Below are positions 9,701 to 18,163 of a stretch of 32,000 nucleotides of DNA, piece by piece. The notes below the pieces were generated by a model. It was not told where the DNA came from and ran no database searches. It saw only the letters and a program-made list of their open reading frames with translations. Source of the stretch: Candidatus Saccharimonadota bacterium. Its GTDB lineage: Bacteria; Bacteroidota; Bacteroidia; Cytophagales; Amoebophilaceae. Made by a program: the position numbers and the translations under genes. The stretch is taken from contig NZ_OW441264.1 in the NCBI RefSeq assembly GCF_936981045.1, forward strand, positions 750,001-782,000, in the 5' to 3' direction. The first letter of the stretch is position 1; each line of letters opens with the position of its first letter.

Positions 9701-11039
9701 GAACACCTATTACCAAGTGGCTGGAGCCATTCAGGTCCAAGAGAATCGCTTATGCGTTAACCAGCTTGCTCTTTATGATGGCGCGTCAGGTCATGCCACT
9801 TTATCTGGCCATATGGTAATACAAAATGGATTTCCTGTAATGCTTTCAGGTCACATGGAAGCATTACATCTGTTGCATACGACTCCAATGCATCATCCCG
9901 ACTTCTATGGAGATCTATATGCCACTGGGACTTTACAAATGGAGGGTTCTATTTATGACTTACTCCTTAAAATGAAAATCACAATTGATAAAGGCACCTT
10001 TACGATTGTTGCACACGATAAAGAAGACATAGAGAACACCACAAAATTGGTACAGTTTGTTTATAACAAGGCAAAAAAGCAGCCAAATAACGCCCCTAAA
10101 AATGGAAATAGATCAGCCATTAAACTGATGCTTGACCTAACCATACTACCTACTATCAAGGCTCAGGTATTATTTGACGCTTATAATAATAAAGGCGATA
10201 TTCTAAAAGTCCAAGGCACGGGATCGATTCAACTAGAAGTAGGTACCAATCGCAAGCCATATGTAATGGGCAACTACCTCTTTCAAAGTGGTACCTACAC
10301 GGTTTCTGTGTATAGTTTAATTCAAAAAACATTTACCATTGCGCCTAATAGCCAGGTTAATTTTAATGGTTATCCCCAAGAAGGGATAATCCGTATTGGT
10401 GCGTCCTACAGACAGATTGCCTCTGTGGCAGAGCTTTATCCTGAAAGTCATGATAAGCGACCGCTTCCAGTAGAAATTGTACTTTCTGCATCTGGCACAT
10501 TAGCGCATCCAAATATTGCTTATCAACAACTTCTCTTTCCAGTAAAAAGTATGGATTTTGAACTCAATACTTCTTTAGAGGAGTGTGCATCAAAGGCATT
10601 ATTAGATAAAAACTATCTCAGCAAGCAAATTTTAAGCCTGTTAATAGCTAAAAGAGTCTATAATGAGAAAAAAATAAATGGCTGGGATGCACTAAGCAAT
10701 AGTATAAATGATTTGCTTGCTCCAAGGATACAAAACTTAGCATCTAAAATTGACCATAACCTAGAGATAGAAACTAGTTTAGGTATGCATCATTCAGATG
10801 ATCAGGAAACAAATATTTTACAAAAAACCAGCATTAAAGTAAGCTATCTACTGCTATCAAAACTTAAATTGTCCAGTACAATGGGAAGGAGCTCTTATTT
10901 CATCAATGATTGGGAAATTGCCTATTCTATTTCAAAAGCCCACCATATGGATGCCAAGTTTTATCGACAACCTGTAAACAGTGCGCAGGACCTGCATCTT
11001 TTTGGCATAAGTTTTGCTTATACTAAGCAATTTTGGTAG
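6798..11039 (+). CDS. TamB-like translocation and assembly module protein (AsmA-like/DUF490-type giant envelope protein)
   Basis: 1413 aa. N-terminal signal anchor (LSNLFCTVAMLIAAMLALLHL). Very long beta-rich repetitive body. C-terminal region of the TamB type (..GTGSIQLEV..GNYLFQSGTYTVSVY..F.I...S.V.F.G). Lies near a TamL-like Omp85 gene. TTG start. Confidence 0.65.
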   Translation: MKKIEKSLHKKWYLRPLSNLFCTVAMLIAAMLALLHLPVVQQQLLRSLMGYLHKTTHYHIKCDAFQFTWLRHIALEGVTVADPQDKPLFTMHLCKGRLNLFSLLLLKPNMIDSVSVTGGQFFLEKHIDQDFNMVTFYTKVILPFVPEANTDLYINKIQLHGINLYYHNQIKKQKVKVENIDLAISHFLSSSGNHSGNLTHFSYQETSDIPLVLKNMMGTFSITPHRIVLKDGRLITKYSHLQGDCTLRHTKQLPLVADQDNIELEARLHTTVLSSIELGAFADFFKGAHTLYKLDGVVSLTPYAMAWKNCKLVFGDSYIESTGCYNRVDSDVLVKAGKVYMHDLQKKPALYPTQLQYVSITNATFVGNTQKAKLTGDITTNIGTIQTDLMVHHLGKPIQDLIGKIILHKVDIEALFPSFPIQSLSGKVSIKSKGEHFNALDAVAHLTEIGTNHYNYKQVQASCMVSNAMVTFHLNSQDPNAKLTVAGSYHMDSQTSLKADGIIEEVHLSKLGFVPMPLLLSTKFSFKIRDILSKRPRGTVILNQCIVQGLAQKVACKQVSIHAIEHENKDVLTLISPFIDCKLQGTFTMNDLAHHIRHLIARLKNPVDLLPIPDKLHVDYAINCKKILPVLKWFLDDLYISPATTFWGHFAYDRDYHFSFHLPTASTLCFKKFSLENVKVKLNVGHLMDVQKRLIQLYISSDQQDWHQIFQTDHLYLQLWMDKDKFTISNRLSNHHGRLSIACFGTLTDDAIQVDLLPSRLTTKEKIWTIQTDRTSFISKAAIAIGNLSITSGQEAICIGGKLAQLDTKDPLHCTIRHLALNYASAVGPIKGIIDTKLVAHLQKDQLIATGRFSLQKATIQDYAVGTLRTKVDWNLLENKLVLEGVLQKEGKRLLQIDGCYDLPSDNLAITTTFDHMNLDLLNTWFTSVCSDINGKLSGQFQLTGSLAAPKLNGKGTIDKGTFKINYLNTYYQVAGAIQVQENRLCVNQLALYDGASGHATLSGHMVIQNGFPVMLSGHMEALHLLHTTPMHHPDFYGDLYATGTLQMEGSIYDLLLKMKITIDKGTFTIVAHDKEDIENTTKLVQFVYNKAKKQPNNAPKNGNRSAIKLMLDLTILPTIKAQVLFDAYNNKGDILKVQGTGSIQLEVGTNRKPYVMGNYLFQSGTYTVSVYSLIQKTFTIAPNSQVNFNGYPQEGIIRIGASYRQIASVAELYPESHDKRPLPVEIVLSASGTLAHPNIAYQQLLFPVKSMDFELNTSLEECASKALLDKNYLSKQILSLLIAKRVYNEKKINGWDALSNSINDLLAPRIQNLASKIDHNLEIETSLGMHHSDDQETNILQKTSIKVSYLLLSKLKLSSTMGRSSYFINDWEIAYSISKAHHMDAKFYRQPVNSAQDLHLFGISFAYTKQFW

Positions 11040-11060
11040 CCAATCGGATCGATACATGCA

Positions 11061-11672
11061 TTAATTACTTCTTTTAGACTGTGTAACCGTTTGAATATAT
11101 CCTAAGATGGTTTCCATGCCTAGTCTATTGTGCGCAGAAACAAAAAAGAATGGTGGCATTGTGGCCCAGTCTTGTTGCAAGACATGGGTTAAGGCGATGT
11201 AGTGCTTTTGGACTACCATTTTATGTTTCTTGTCTGCTTTTGTAAGTACAATAGCAAAAGGAATGTGATGCGCGCCCAGCCAATCTATGCATTCGAGGTC
11301 GATGGCTTGAGGTGCAATTTTGGCATCGATCAACAAAAAAACAGTAACCATATTGGGTCTATGCAAAAGATATTCCCGCAACATTTTTTCCCATTTTATT
11401 TTTATAACATGTCCTACTTGTGCCCATCCATATCCTGGAAGATCTACAAAATAGATCTGGTGATTCACTAAGAAGTGATGGATCAGTTTTGTTTTTCCAG
11501 GCATTTTAGATACCCTAGCCAATTGTTTCCGTTGCAAAATCGCATTAATTAAGGAAGATTTTCCTACATTAGAACGGCCTATAAAAGCAACTTCTGGTTT
11601 GGCATCATGAGGACACATTTTATAGCTTGCATTACTGGATACAAGGCAACTAGAATAGATTTTCATATGCAA
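11061..11672 (-). CDS. engB: Ribosome-biogenesis GTPase EngB/YihA/YsxC
   Basis: G1 GRSNVGKSSLINA, G3 DLPGYG, G4 TKADK, and the family-typical PEVAFIGRSNVGKSS context. The true start is probably the MKIYSS methionine (11666). Confidence 0.9.
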   Translation of the reverse strand: MHMKIYSSCLVSSNASYKMCPHDAKPEVAFIGRSNVGKSSLINAILQRKQLARVSKMPGKTKLIHHFLVNHQIYFVDLPGYGWAQVGHVIKIKWEKMLREYLLHRPNMVTVFLLIDAKIAPQAIDLECIDWLGAHHIPFAIVLTKADKKHKMVVQKHYIALTHVLQQDWATMPPFFFVSAHNRLGMETILGYIQTVTQSKRSN

Positions 11673-11901
11673 TTTCTATCATTGACGTATGTGGTATGAC
11701 GCAAGTTAATTAAAAGAATATTTTTTATACAATTTGTGATTTTGTAAAATTTTATTAAGCTTAATGTAAGGATGGTATAGCTTAAAAGGAGTTTTTTACT
11801 CGTAATGCTTCAGAGCAAGCTATATGTTGTATTAGATGGTTCTGTCGCGTTTATTCTAAAAAATCATTATTTTAGCATCTGCAGTTAAAAAAGTAGTTAT
11901 T

Positions 11902-12515
11902 ATGTTTAATATTTCGCCCAAATTATTACCTTATTTTAAGGGCTATTGTTCTTCAGCAGAAGTCATCCTGTTATTTGTCTAGATGAAGTGTCGTTTTTCC
12001 TTGAGCTATAGAGATTTGGAAGATATGATGCGTATGAGAGGCGCAAGAGTTGATCATTCTACGCTACAAAGATGGGTTATTAAGTTTGTTCCTCTTATAG
12101 ATGAAGCAGTAAGCAAAAGAAAACGACCAGTTGGTGGTAGTTGGAGAATGGATGAAACCTATGTTAAACTAAACGGGAAGTGGATCTATTTATATAGAGC
12201 AGTAGATCGTTATGGTGATACAGTTAACTTTTTTCTATCTGAGCATAGAGACAAGTCTGCAGCTTTTTCTTTTTTTCGTAAGGCGATCACAGAAAATAAT
12301 ATTCCTAAGAAAGTAGTAATTGACAAAAGCGGTAGTAATAAAGCTGCCCTTGATACGATCAATACAGAACTTGATCAAGATCATACCATTCAAATATTTC
12401 AAAACAAATACTTGAATAATAGAGTTGAACAAGATCATAGGTTTATCAAAAAACGGCTAAAACCTATGCTTAGTTTTAAGTGTTTTAAGTCTGCAGCCAT
12501 TGCACGCCGGCACAG
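11902..12515 (+). pseudogene. IS6-family transposase, 5' part (in-frame TAG at 11980-11982; interrupted by group II intron)
   Basis: Translation contains DHSTLQRWV, WRMDETYVKLNGKWIYLYRAVDRYGDTVNFFLS and NNRVEQDHRFIKKR, close to IS26 Tnp (DETYVKVNGRWAYLYRAVD..). The ATG at 11902 is in frame with the ORF at 11983 but separated from it by a TAG stop. Confidence 0.85.
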
Positions 12516-12989
12516 GTGTGCAACAAATGGGGTGTAAGTCCCCTGACTCTAATTTGTCTATTTCGGGAGTCTAGCAGGAGGTTGGATTTGTGGGGTGATT
12601 CACAGGTTTAAGTTACCTTTAAATGCATCTGCAAAATAGCGGGCTGCAACAAAAGTGAACCTAAATTAGCCTCGTTAAGCCGTTTAAGCGCATTTGCCGA
12701 CTATCTAGTGGCTACAGGAAGGCTGATAGTAGGATGGAAAAAATAGACCATGACCATCATACAAGTGCCGGGGTGTTAGGGGTTGCACGCTATGAATGTT
12801 TCACATCGTAGTCCGGGAGATCTGATATGAATCCAGTAGGCCACTGGAAACTTTATTGTATAAGTAAAGCGAAATCAATAAGGGTCATATCAGAAGTCCG
12901 CGGGGTCTATAATACCGTTCGTATTGATTGGGAAACCACTCAAGAGGAAAGGGACCCTACTTCAGTTAACGAGTTTAAAAGAGTTGAGA

Positions 12990-13202
12990 ATGTCTGATTG
13001 CCCTAAAGCTATGAACGGAACATTAAAAGTTCAGAAACTCCAAAGAACTCTATATCTCAAATCCAAGCAATGTAAGGAAGTCAGATTTTATAGTATATAT
13101 GATAAAATTTATCTAAAAGATGTACTTTGGGAAGCTTGGCGTCAAGTCAAAGCAAATCAAGGTTCAGCAGGAATTGATGGTAAAAGCATAAGTGATATAT
13201 TA
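12990..13202 (+). pseudogene. Group II intron reverse transcriptase, N-terminal fragment (RT domain 0)
   Basis: KLQRTLYLKSKQCKEVRFYSIYDKIYLKDVLWEAWRQVKANQGSAGIDG matches the conserved N-terminus of group II intron RTs (..RFY.LYDKI.R.D.L..AW..VK.N.G.AG.DG). Cut off exactly at the MITE boundary. Confidence 0.85.
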
Positions 13203-13442
13203 ACGTGAGTTCGGGATTTATTTGACTGATTTACAACAATTTAATATCAATTATTTAGTTAATATTTGCACCTATTTAACAAGTTTTTATATCTAATTTT
13301 ATAAATATAATATATATAATAAACTGATTATCAGAATTATTTGTTATTCAACTACCTATTTAACTGTCTATAAAACAAATTTTATAAATTTTTATTAATA
13401 TTGATTATCAAATGAAAAAATAATCTAATCCCGAACTCACGT
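13203..13442 (+). mobile_element. 240-bp MITE-like repeat, copy 1
   Basis: 16-nt terminal inverted repeats ACGTGAGTTCGGGATT / AATCCCGAACTCACGT enclose an extremely AT-rich, non-coding interior. Same length as, and near-identical to, the copies at 18249, 20526 and 25460. Confidence 0.85.
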
Positions 13443-13811
13443 TAACCAGATTATCCAAAGGAGCCAGTTATGAATGTAGAAAAATTAGTTGAAATATATT
13501 ATGCTGTTGATGAATTTCTCATAAAGTTTATGCCGTATATCGAAAAACAACTGTTAACCAACTCTAAAAGAAAATCCACTAGAACTTGTTCATTAACTTT
13601 GAGTGAAATAATGACTGTTCTTATTGCCTTTCATGTGATTGGTTTTAGAAATTTTAAGTCTTATTATATTCATTTACAGCAATTTCATTCTAGTGAATTT
13701 GGAAAGTTAGTAAGCTACAATAGATTTATAGAACTGATCCAAAGAACGTTAGTTCCCTTGTACTGTTTTACACAAAGTCTTGCTAAGACAAAAACAGGTT
13801 GTTATTTTATT
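13443..13811 (+). pseudogene. IS982-family transposase 5' fragment (about 114 codons)
   Basis: ATG at 13470. EIYYAVDEF.., LTLSEIMTVLIAFHVIGFRNFKSYY and ..TGCYFI match the conserved N-terminal third of IS982-family transposases. The reading frame then runs into unrelated RT sequence at about 13811. Confidence 0.65.
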
Positions 13812-14164
13812 GCAACGGCCTCATTTATGTATTTCCAACGAAACAATCCCAACAAAGCATCCGTAACAGACTAAAATACCTGACTTGTAGAAGAGCACCA
13901 ATCAAACCTCAAACATTCATCGAGCAAATAAAACCAGTAGTGTTAGGATGGGTTAACTATTTTAAACATACGAATGCCAGTGAAGCTTTTGTTAGATTGC
14001 AGGACTTTATTAATAACCGATTTCGCAGATACTTAACCCATAGAAGAAAAGGCCGTGGGTGTGGGTGGCAAAGCTATCCCAATAGCAAACTCTATACAAT
14101 GGGGATGTTGTACATTGGTAGTGGAATGATTAAGTATCCTGAAAGAGTTGTGCAAGGTTTATGA
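13812..14164 (+). pseudogene. Group II intron reverse transcriptase/maturase, C-terminal fragment (thumb/X domain)
   Basis: IYVFPTKQSQQSIRNRLKYLTCRR....IEQIKPVVLGWVNYFKH.NA...F..L..F...R.RRYL is the typical maturase (X) domain pattern (..LNP.IRGW.NYF..). The RT finger/palm domains 1-7 between this and the N-fragment are missing. Confidence 0.8.
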
Positions 14165-14178
14165 AGAAGACTGTCGGA

Positions 14179-14211
14179 CCGCCGTATTCGGGAAAACTGA
14201 ACGTACCTTGG
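14179..14211 (+). ncRNA. Group II intron domain V-like hairpin (degenerate)
   Basis: CCGCCGUAU-UCGG-GAAAA-CUGA-AC-GUACCUUGG. Upper stem, loop and the canonical 2-nt AC bulge are in place, as is a GUAU/GUAC helix. Two mismatches (C-C, C-U) occur in the basal helix where canonical domain V has C-G pairs. Confidence 0.5.
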
Positions 14212-14328
14212 GATGAGAAGGGAATGGGTAAACAATGAAGAATCAAGTTAGTCAGCTACTGTATTGCGAGCAATCAGAAGCAATAGATATGCTTAATTTT
14301 AAGTGGTCCAACCATTTCTTTACTCTAG

Positions 14329-14436
14329 ACCATTGTAGAGATAGAAAACATTCCTATGATTCAAAAAGGACAAGTAATCGGAGCTAAAAATCATCTTTCT
14401 ACTTTTGAGAATTTTGTTATGCTAATGGCCGAATAA
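14329..14436 (+). pseudogene. IS6-family transposase, 3' part
   Basis: TIVEIENIPMIQKGQ... corresponds to the conserved IS26 C-terminal TIKGIEVMRALRKGQ segment. Stop at 14434-14436, about 60 bp before the right inverted repeat. Confidence 0.75.
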
Positions 14437-14523
14437 TATTCAAAATTTCAAGTAAAGAGAACAAGCTATACAAAAAGAAATTATAGACGCGACAGAACCT
14501 TTACTGCTGTTTATAGGGTCGTA

Positions 14524-16020
14524 TTATTCTTGGTCTACACGTTTTTTATACATTTTAAATGCCTGTATCAATTTCTGGATTCTTTTCTGTTGATCATTTC
14601 TCTTCATCCACCCCTTATCAGCTGATTGTGCCAATAGATAATAGGAAGCCATCATAGCCAATCCAGTAGTTATAATGGGTCCAATATGATAAGTGAATAA
14701 TAATATTTCAGGAAACAGTTTCCTCCATATAAAAATACTTAATATACCTATAACTATTCCTATTAGGAATGTACGTGAAGTACCTTGAAAACCAAACACA
14801 GCTAAGATAAAAGGAGCTGCTGTTGTACAGTTAAGACCTATAGTAATAAAAGATATAAAACGATGGGCTAACTTAAATAAATCATTGTAATAAATAGCTG
14901 CCATCATAGCCAATAGACCACCAATTAATGAAGACAGTTTAGCTACTAGAATTTTATAGGTATCGGTAATTGGTTTTACCCTTCTAATATTTTCCAATAT
15001 ATCATGACTAACCATAATAGAGCAAATATGTAAATAAGAATCAGCTGTAGACATAGCCATTCCTAGTATACAAACCGCAATACATCCTTTAAAAAAGGAT
15101 GGTATATAAGCAATTATATAAGGTATAATTTCTTTTTGTGAAAGAATTTGGTTCTTTTATAAAGATAAATGAGCTGGTAGAGCACAAAACGATTTTTATA
15201 AAAAGGTAAAAGAAAGTGCTATATAAAAAACTTTTTTGACTTGAAACGGACTAGAAGCCATATATACTTTTTGGATGCTCAATGGGTCATAAATAGTTAA
15301 AAACCAATATGGGGCCTGGAGAACTAAGTGTAATATTGTATTACAATGTAGGCTACTCCATTGAAATTTTTCTTGATTTTTCAGAAAGGATACAACCTCT
15401 ACAACCGACTTACCTGTTTTTTCAAAGCAGAGTTTTGCAAAAAAGGCGATGATAATAACAAAGGTTATAAATTGCAATACGTCGGTATTGGTAACGGAAC
15501 GAATACCCCCTAAAGCAGCATAAGTAATAAAGATGAAAGTAGCCAATATAACCATAATACGGTAATCTACTGATTCTATAAACATACTCATAACAATGCA
15601 CATTGTACTGATTTGTAGAGAAATACCACCTATACACCAAACAAAAATAAATAAAGCAGTAATTACCCTTGGGTACTTACCATATACATGACCTATTGTT
15701 TCTGAAACAGAAAAGTGCTTTATAAATGGAGTTATGTGTAACCAAATCAAACTAGTCATCCAGAAGCTAAAGAACCCCATAAACTCCCAGATTATGCTCT
15801 CAAGGCCTTTGATATAGGTTAACACTATACTAGTTATCAGTATTTCTCCTCCAAAGTTACTAGCTAACAGAGTAGCCATTAAAATAGGCGTAGAAAATCG
15901 TTTACTACCCACAGCATATTCTCGAAATGTATTTTCCTTTTGCCCACTGTAAAGACCTACTGCTAGGCTCAATACGAGAAAGGACAATACTATTAGCAAG
16001 GGAGCGTTATACAGTAGCAT
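14524..16020 (-). pseudogene. Sodium:solute symporter family (SSF) transporter, disrupted
   Basis: N-terminal ORF (15196-16020) and C-terminal ORF (14524-15060) are both multi-pass hydrophobic. SSF-like features include the start of the N-terminal ORF (..GLYSG....F.EY..G.K.F) and ..GMAMSTADSYL in the C-terminal ORF. The two are separated by frame disruption between about 15060 and 15200. Confidence 0.7.
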
Positions 16021-16040
16021 AGATGGAGTGTAATATTTCG

Positions 16041-16105
16041 GGTTCTGTCACGTCTATAATTTCTTTTTGTATAGCTTGTTCTCTTTACCTGAAATTTTGA
16101 GTATT
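16041..16105 (-). mobile_element. Solo IS6 right-end fragment (65 bp) in inverted orientation
   Basis: ggttctgtcacgtctataatttctttttgtatagcttgttctctttacctgaaattttgagtatt is the reverse complement of 14435-14499 with 3 mismatches. It is truncated by the IS256-family element. Confidence 0.85.
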
Positions 16106-16108
16106 TTA

Positions 16109-17454
16109 GGAAGTGTTCTATAAACTGTGTCACATCTCCTGTTCATCTCAACGTCTCTTTTAATCTACCGGGAAAAAAGATGTCTATCTGAGATATAGTC
16201 AACGCCCAGTTTCGCAGCGGCATAGTCCATTTATCCTCGATCTTCTTTATGGCACAATATACTAATTTATACAAAGCATTTATACTGGTAAACGCTCCTT
16301 TTGTCTTGGTAAACTTCCTAATCTGCCTATGCAAGCTTTCTATAGGATTGGTGGTATAAATTAGCCTTCTGACAGGATCTGAATACTTAAAATAACCAGA
16401 CAAATGTTCCCAATTATTTTGCCAAGATTTGGTAACCATTGGATACTTCCCCCCCCATTTTTCTTCTAATTCCAATAGATAATGCTCAGCAACTTCCTTA
16501 CTTGAAGCTTGATATATTTGCTTTAAATCAGTTAAAAAACGTTTTACGTCTTTGCTAGCTACATACTTGAGTGAGTTTCGTATCTGATGTACTACACAGA
16601 CCTGCACTTGTGCATTAGGGAAAACGCTATTTATGGCTGAAGGAAAGCTTTTTAGGCCATCAACACAGGCAATAAGGATATCTTCTACACCTCTTTCCTT
16701 AAGCTCGTTAAGTACACCCAACCAGAAGTTAGCCCACTCACTTTCAGACAAATAAATCCCAATACTTCTTTTTTACCCTCTTGATCTATGCCTAATAAGG
16801 TATACATGCATTTGCTTACACATCTGCCATCTTCTTTTACCTTAAAAAATATCCCATCCATGAAAACTATCGGATAAACTGATTGAAGAGGGCGGTTACG
16901 CCATTCATTTATTATCGGTAACAAGCTATCTGTAATAGATGATATTTCAGCAGCTGATACTTTATGATCATAGATCTCTTCAACATGAACGGCTATAGAT
17001 TTATAGCTCATACCACTAGAAAACATGCTTAAGATCTTGCTTTCCAGCTCAGGATGTAGGCTTGTTTGACGCTTTTTAACTATTTGTGGATCGAAACTAC
17101 CTGTCCTATCCCTAGGAGTTAGCAGATCAAAGGAACCAGAACTTGTACGTAAAGTTTTAGAGCTTTTGCCATTTCTTCTATTATTTTCTGTTGAATCACT
17201 AGATAAATGGTGTGCCATTTCACCTTCTAGACTTGCCTCTAGAAGCTTTTTTATCAGAGGCGTTAAAGCACCACCTTTTCCTGTTAAAGGCTTACCTAAA
17301 CGGATAGAGCACAAAATATTTTCCTACAGAAATTTGTAATCTACTAAACCAACATAGGAATTGTTCTTATTTTCTTCCATGTCTAAAACCTTTAATGTTT
17401 ATTTAATTAATTTATAACTTTTTATCGCCTTGACACAGTTTATAGAACACTTCC
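16109..17454 (-). mobile_element. IS256 (Mutator-like) family insertion sequence, inactivated
   Basis: 24-bp perfect terminal inverted repeats GGAAGTGTTCTATAAACTGTGTCA at 16109-16132 and, reverse complemented, 17431-17454. They enclose a single transposase gene. Confidence 0.9.
16143..17380 (-). pseudogene. IS256-family transposase with in-frame TAG and a frameshift
   Basis: IS256/Mutator motifs VYPIVFMDGIFFKVKEDGR, VCVVHQIRNSLKYV and YTTNPIESLHRQIRKFTKTKGAF. The ATG at 17380 is followed by an in-frame TAG at 17324-17326. The frame shifts near 16750 (GKKEVLGFI / LSESEWANFW). Confidence 0.9.
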
Positions 17455-17455
17455 C

Positions 17456-17958
17456 CAAAAACGGAACATCAGCTCTGTATTGTTCATGCAATTAGGGGTA
17501 GTTTGCAGTATGTTTCTTATAAACATAGAAAGGTATTAGTTGCTGATTTAAAACCAATTTATACAGCAGTTACCGAGCAAGAAGCATTGATGGCCTTAGA
17601 AGCTTTTGCTACTAAGTGGAATCAACAATACCCACAAATAGCCCAATCTTGGTATGCTAACTGGGATAATCTGATGGTATTTTTACAGTACCCTAATGCC
17701 ATACGTAAGGTCATTTACACAACAAATGTTTGGAATCTGTAAATAGCCAATTTCGTAAAGTTACCAAAAATAAAAAAGTGTTCCCTAACGATCTAGCTGT
17801 TTTTAAAACATTATATCTAACTATTAACTACATGACTAGAAAATGGACCACCTCTATTCATAACTGGAGCGAGGCTATGGCACATTTTTTAATTAAATTT
17901 GAAAACAGAATTGAATAAAACCAAAAAAATAATTTACACACTCAAGTGGACAAAGCCA
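17456..17958 (+). pseudogene. Second, different IS256-family transposase, C-terminal fragment with frameshift
   Basis: Translation QLCIVHAIRGSLQYVSYKHRK.., IYTTN(frameshift about 17728)ESVNSQFRKVTKNKKVFPN covers the same conserved blocks as the neighbouring IS256 but is clearly divergent. No 5' half is present. The element's end is approximate. Confidence 0.75.
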
Positions 17959-17959
17959 A

Positions 17960-18163
17960 AGAGAGGGCTCTAGTAGCCATACATGGCTTCTGCCCATCTC
18001 TTTAATAAAGATTTCTCTAAAACCTCCTGGTCCATTTTGCCTGCGCAAACTGACATATTTTTCGATATCCAACGAATTCATACCTAAAAAAGAACCTATT
18101 TCTTCCCTTCTAGAATCTTTTTCATTGTATAGAAGGATGAAAGTAGCCGCATTGTTTTTAATA
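17960..18163 (-). pseudogene. Possible transposase helix-turn-helix remnant
   Basis: Minus-strand translation ..ILLYNEKDSRREEIGSFLGMNSLDIEKYVSLRRQNGPGGF.. resembles N-terminal HTH regions of IS630/IS3-type transposases. No catalytic domain is present. Confidence 0.3.

Larger units (their letters stand above)
12516..14328 (+). mobile_element. Degenerate group II intron inserted in the IS6 transposase gene
   Basis: 5' end GTGTG at 12516 followed by ..GGGGTGTAAGTC.., resembling the GUGYG...GGGUGUUAAGUC start of bacterial group II introns. Intron-encoded RT/maturase fragments lie inside. A domain V-like hairpin sits at 14179-14211. IS6 reading frame resumes at 14329. The 3' boundary is approximate. 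Confidence 0.7.
11838..14499 (+). mobile_element. IS6 (IS26-like) family insertion sequence, inactivated and expanded by nested insertions
   Basis: Terminal inverted repeats ggttctgtcgcgt at 11838-11850 and acgcgacagaacc at 14487-14499 (reverse complement). The internal ORF is an IS26-like transposase. The 8-bp flanks (tattagat / tttactgc) do not match, so no intact target duplication. Confidence 0.85.

Noticed and set aside
13470-13874. 134-aa ORF taken at face value as an intact small protein
   Set aside because: Only the first ~114 codons are IS982-like. The tail is an out-of-frame reading of the group II intron RT fragment, so the ORF is a chimeric artefact of a deletion junction.
11980-17326. 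Both the IS6 and IS256 transposase genes are interrupted by in-frame TAG codons, raising the idea of TAG readthrough or reassignment
   Set aside because: recA in the same window terminates with TAG at the expected protein end. The same IS genes also carry frameshifts and insertions, so ordinary pseudogenisation is the simpler explanation.
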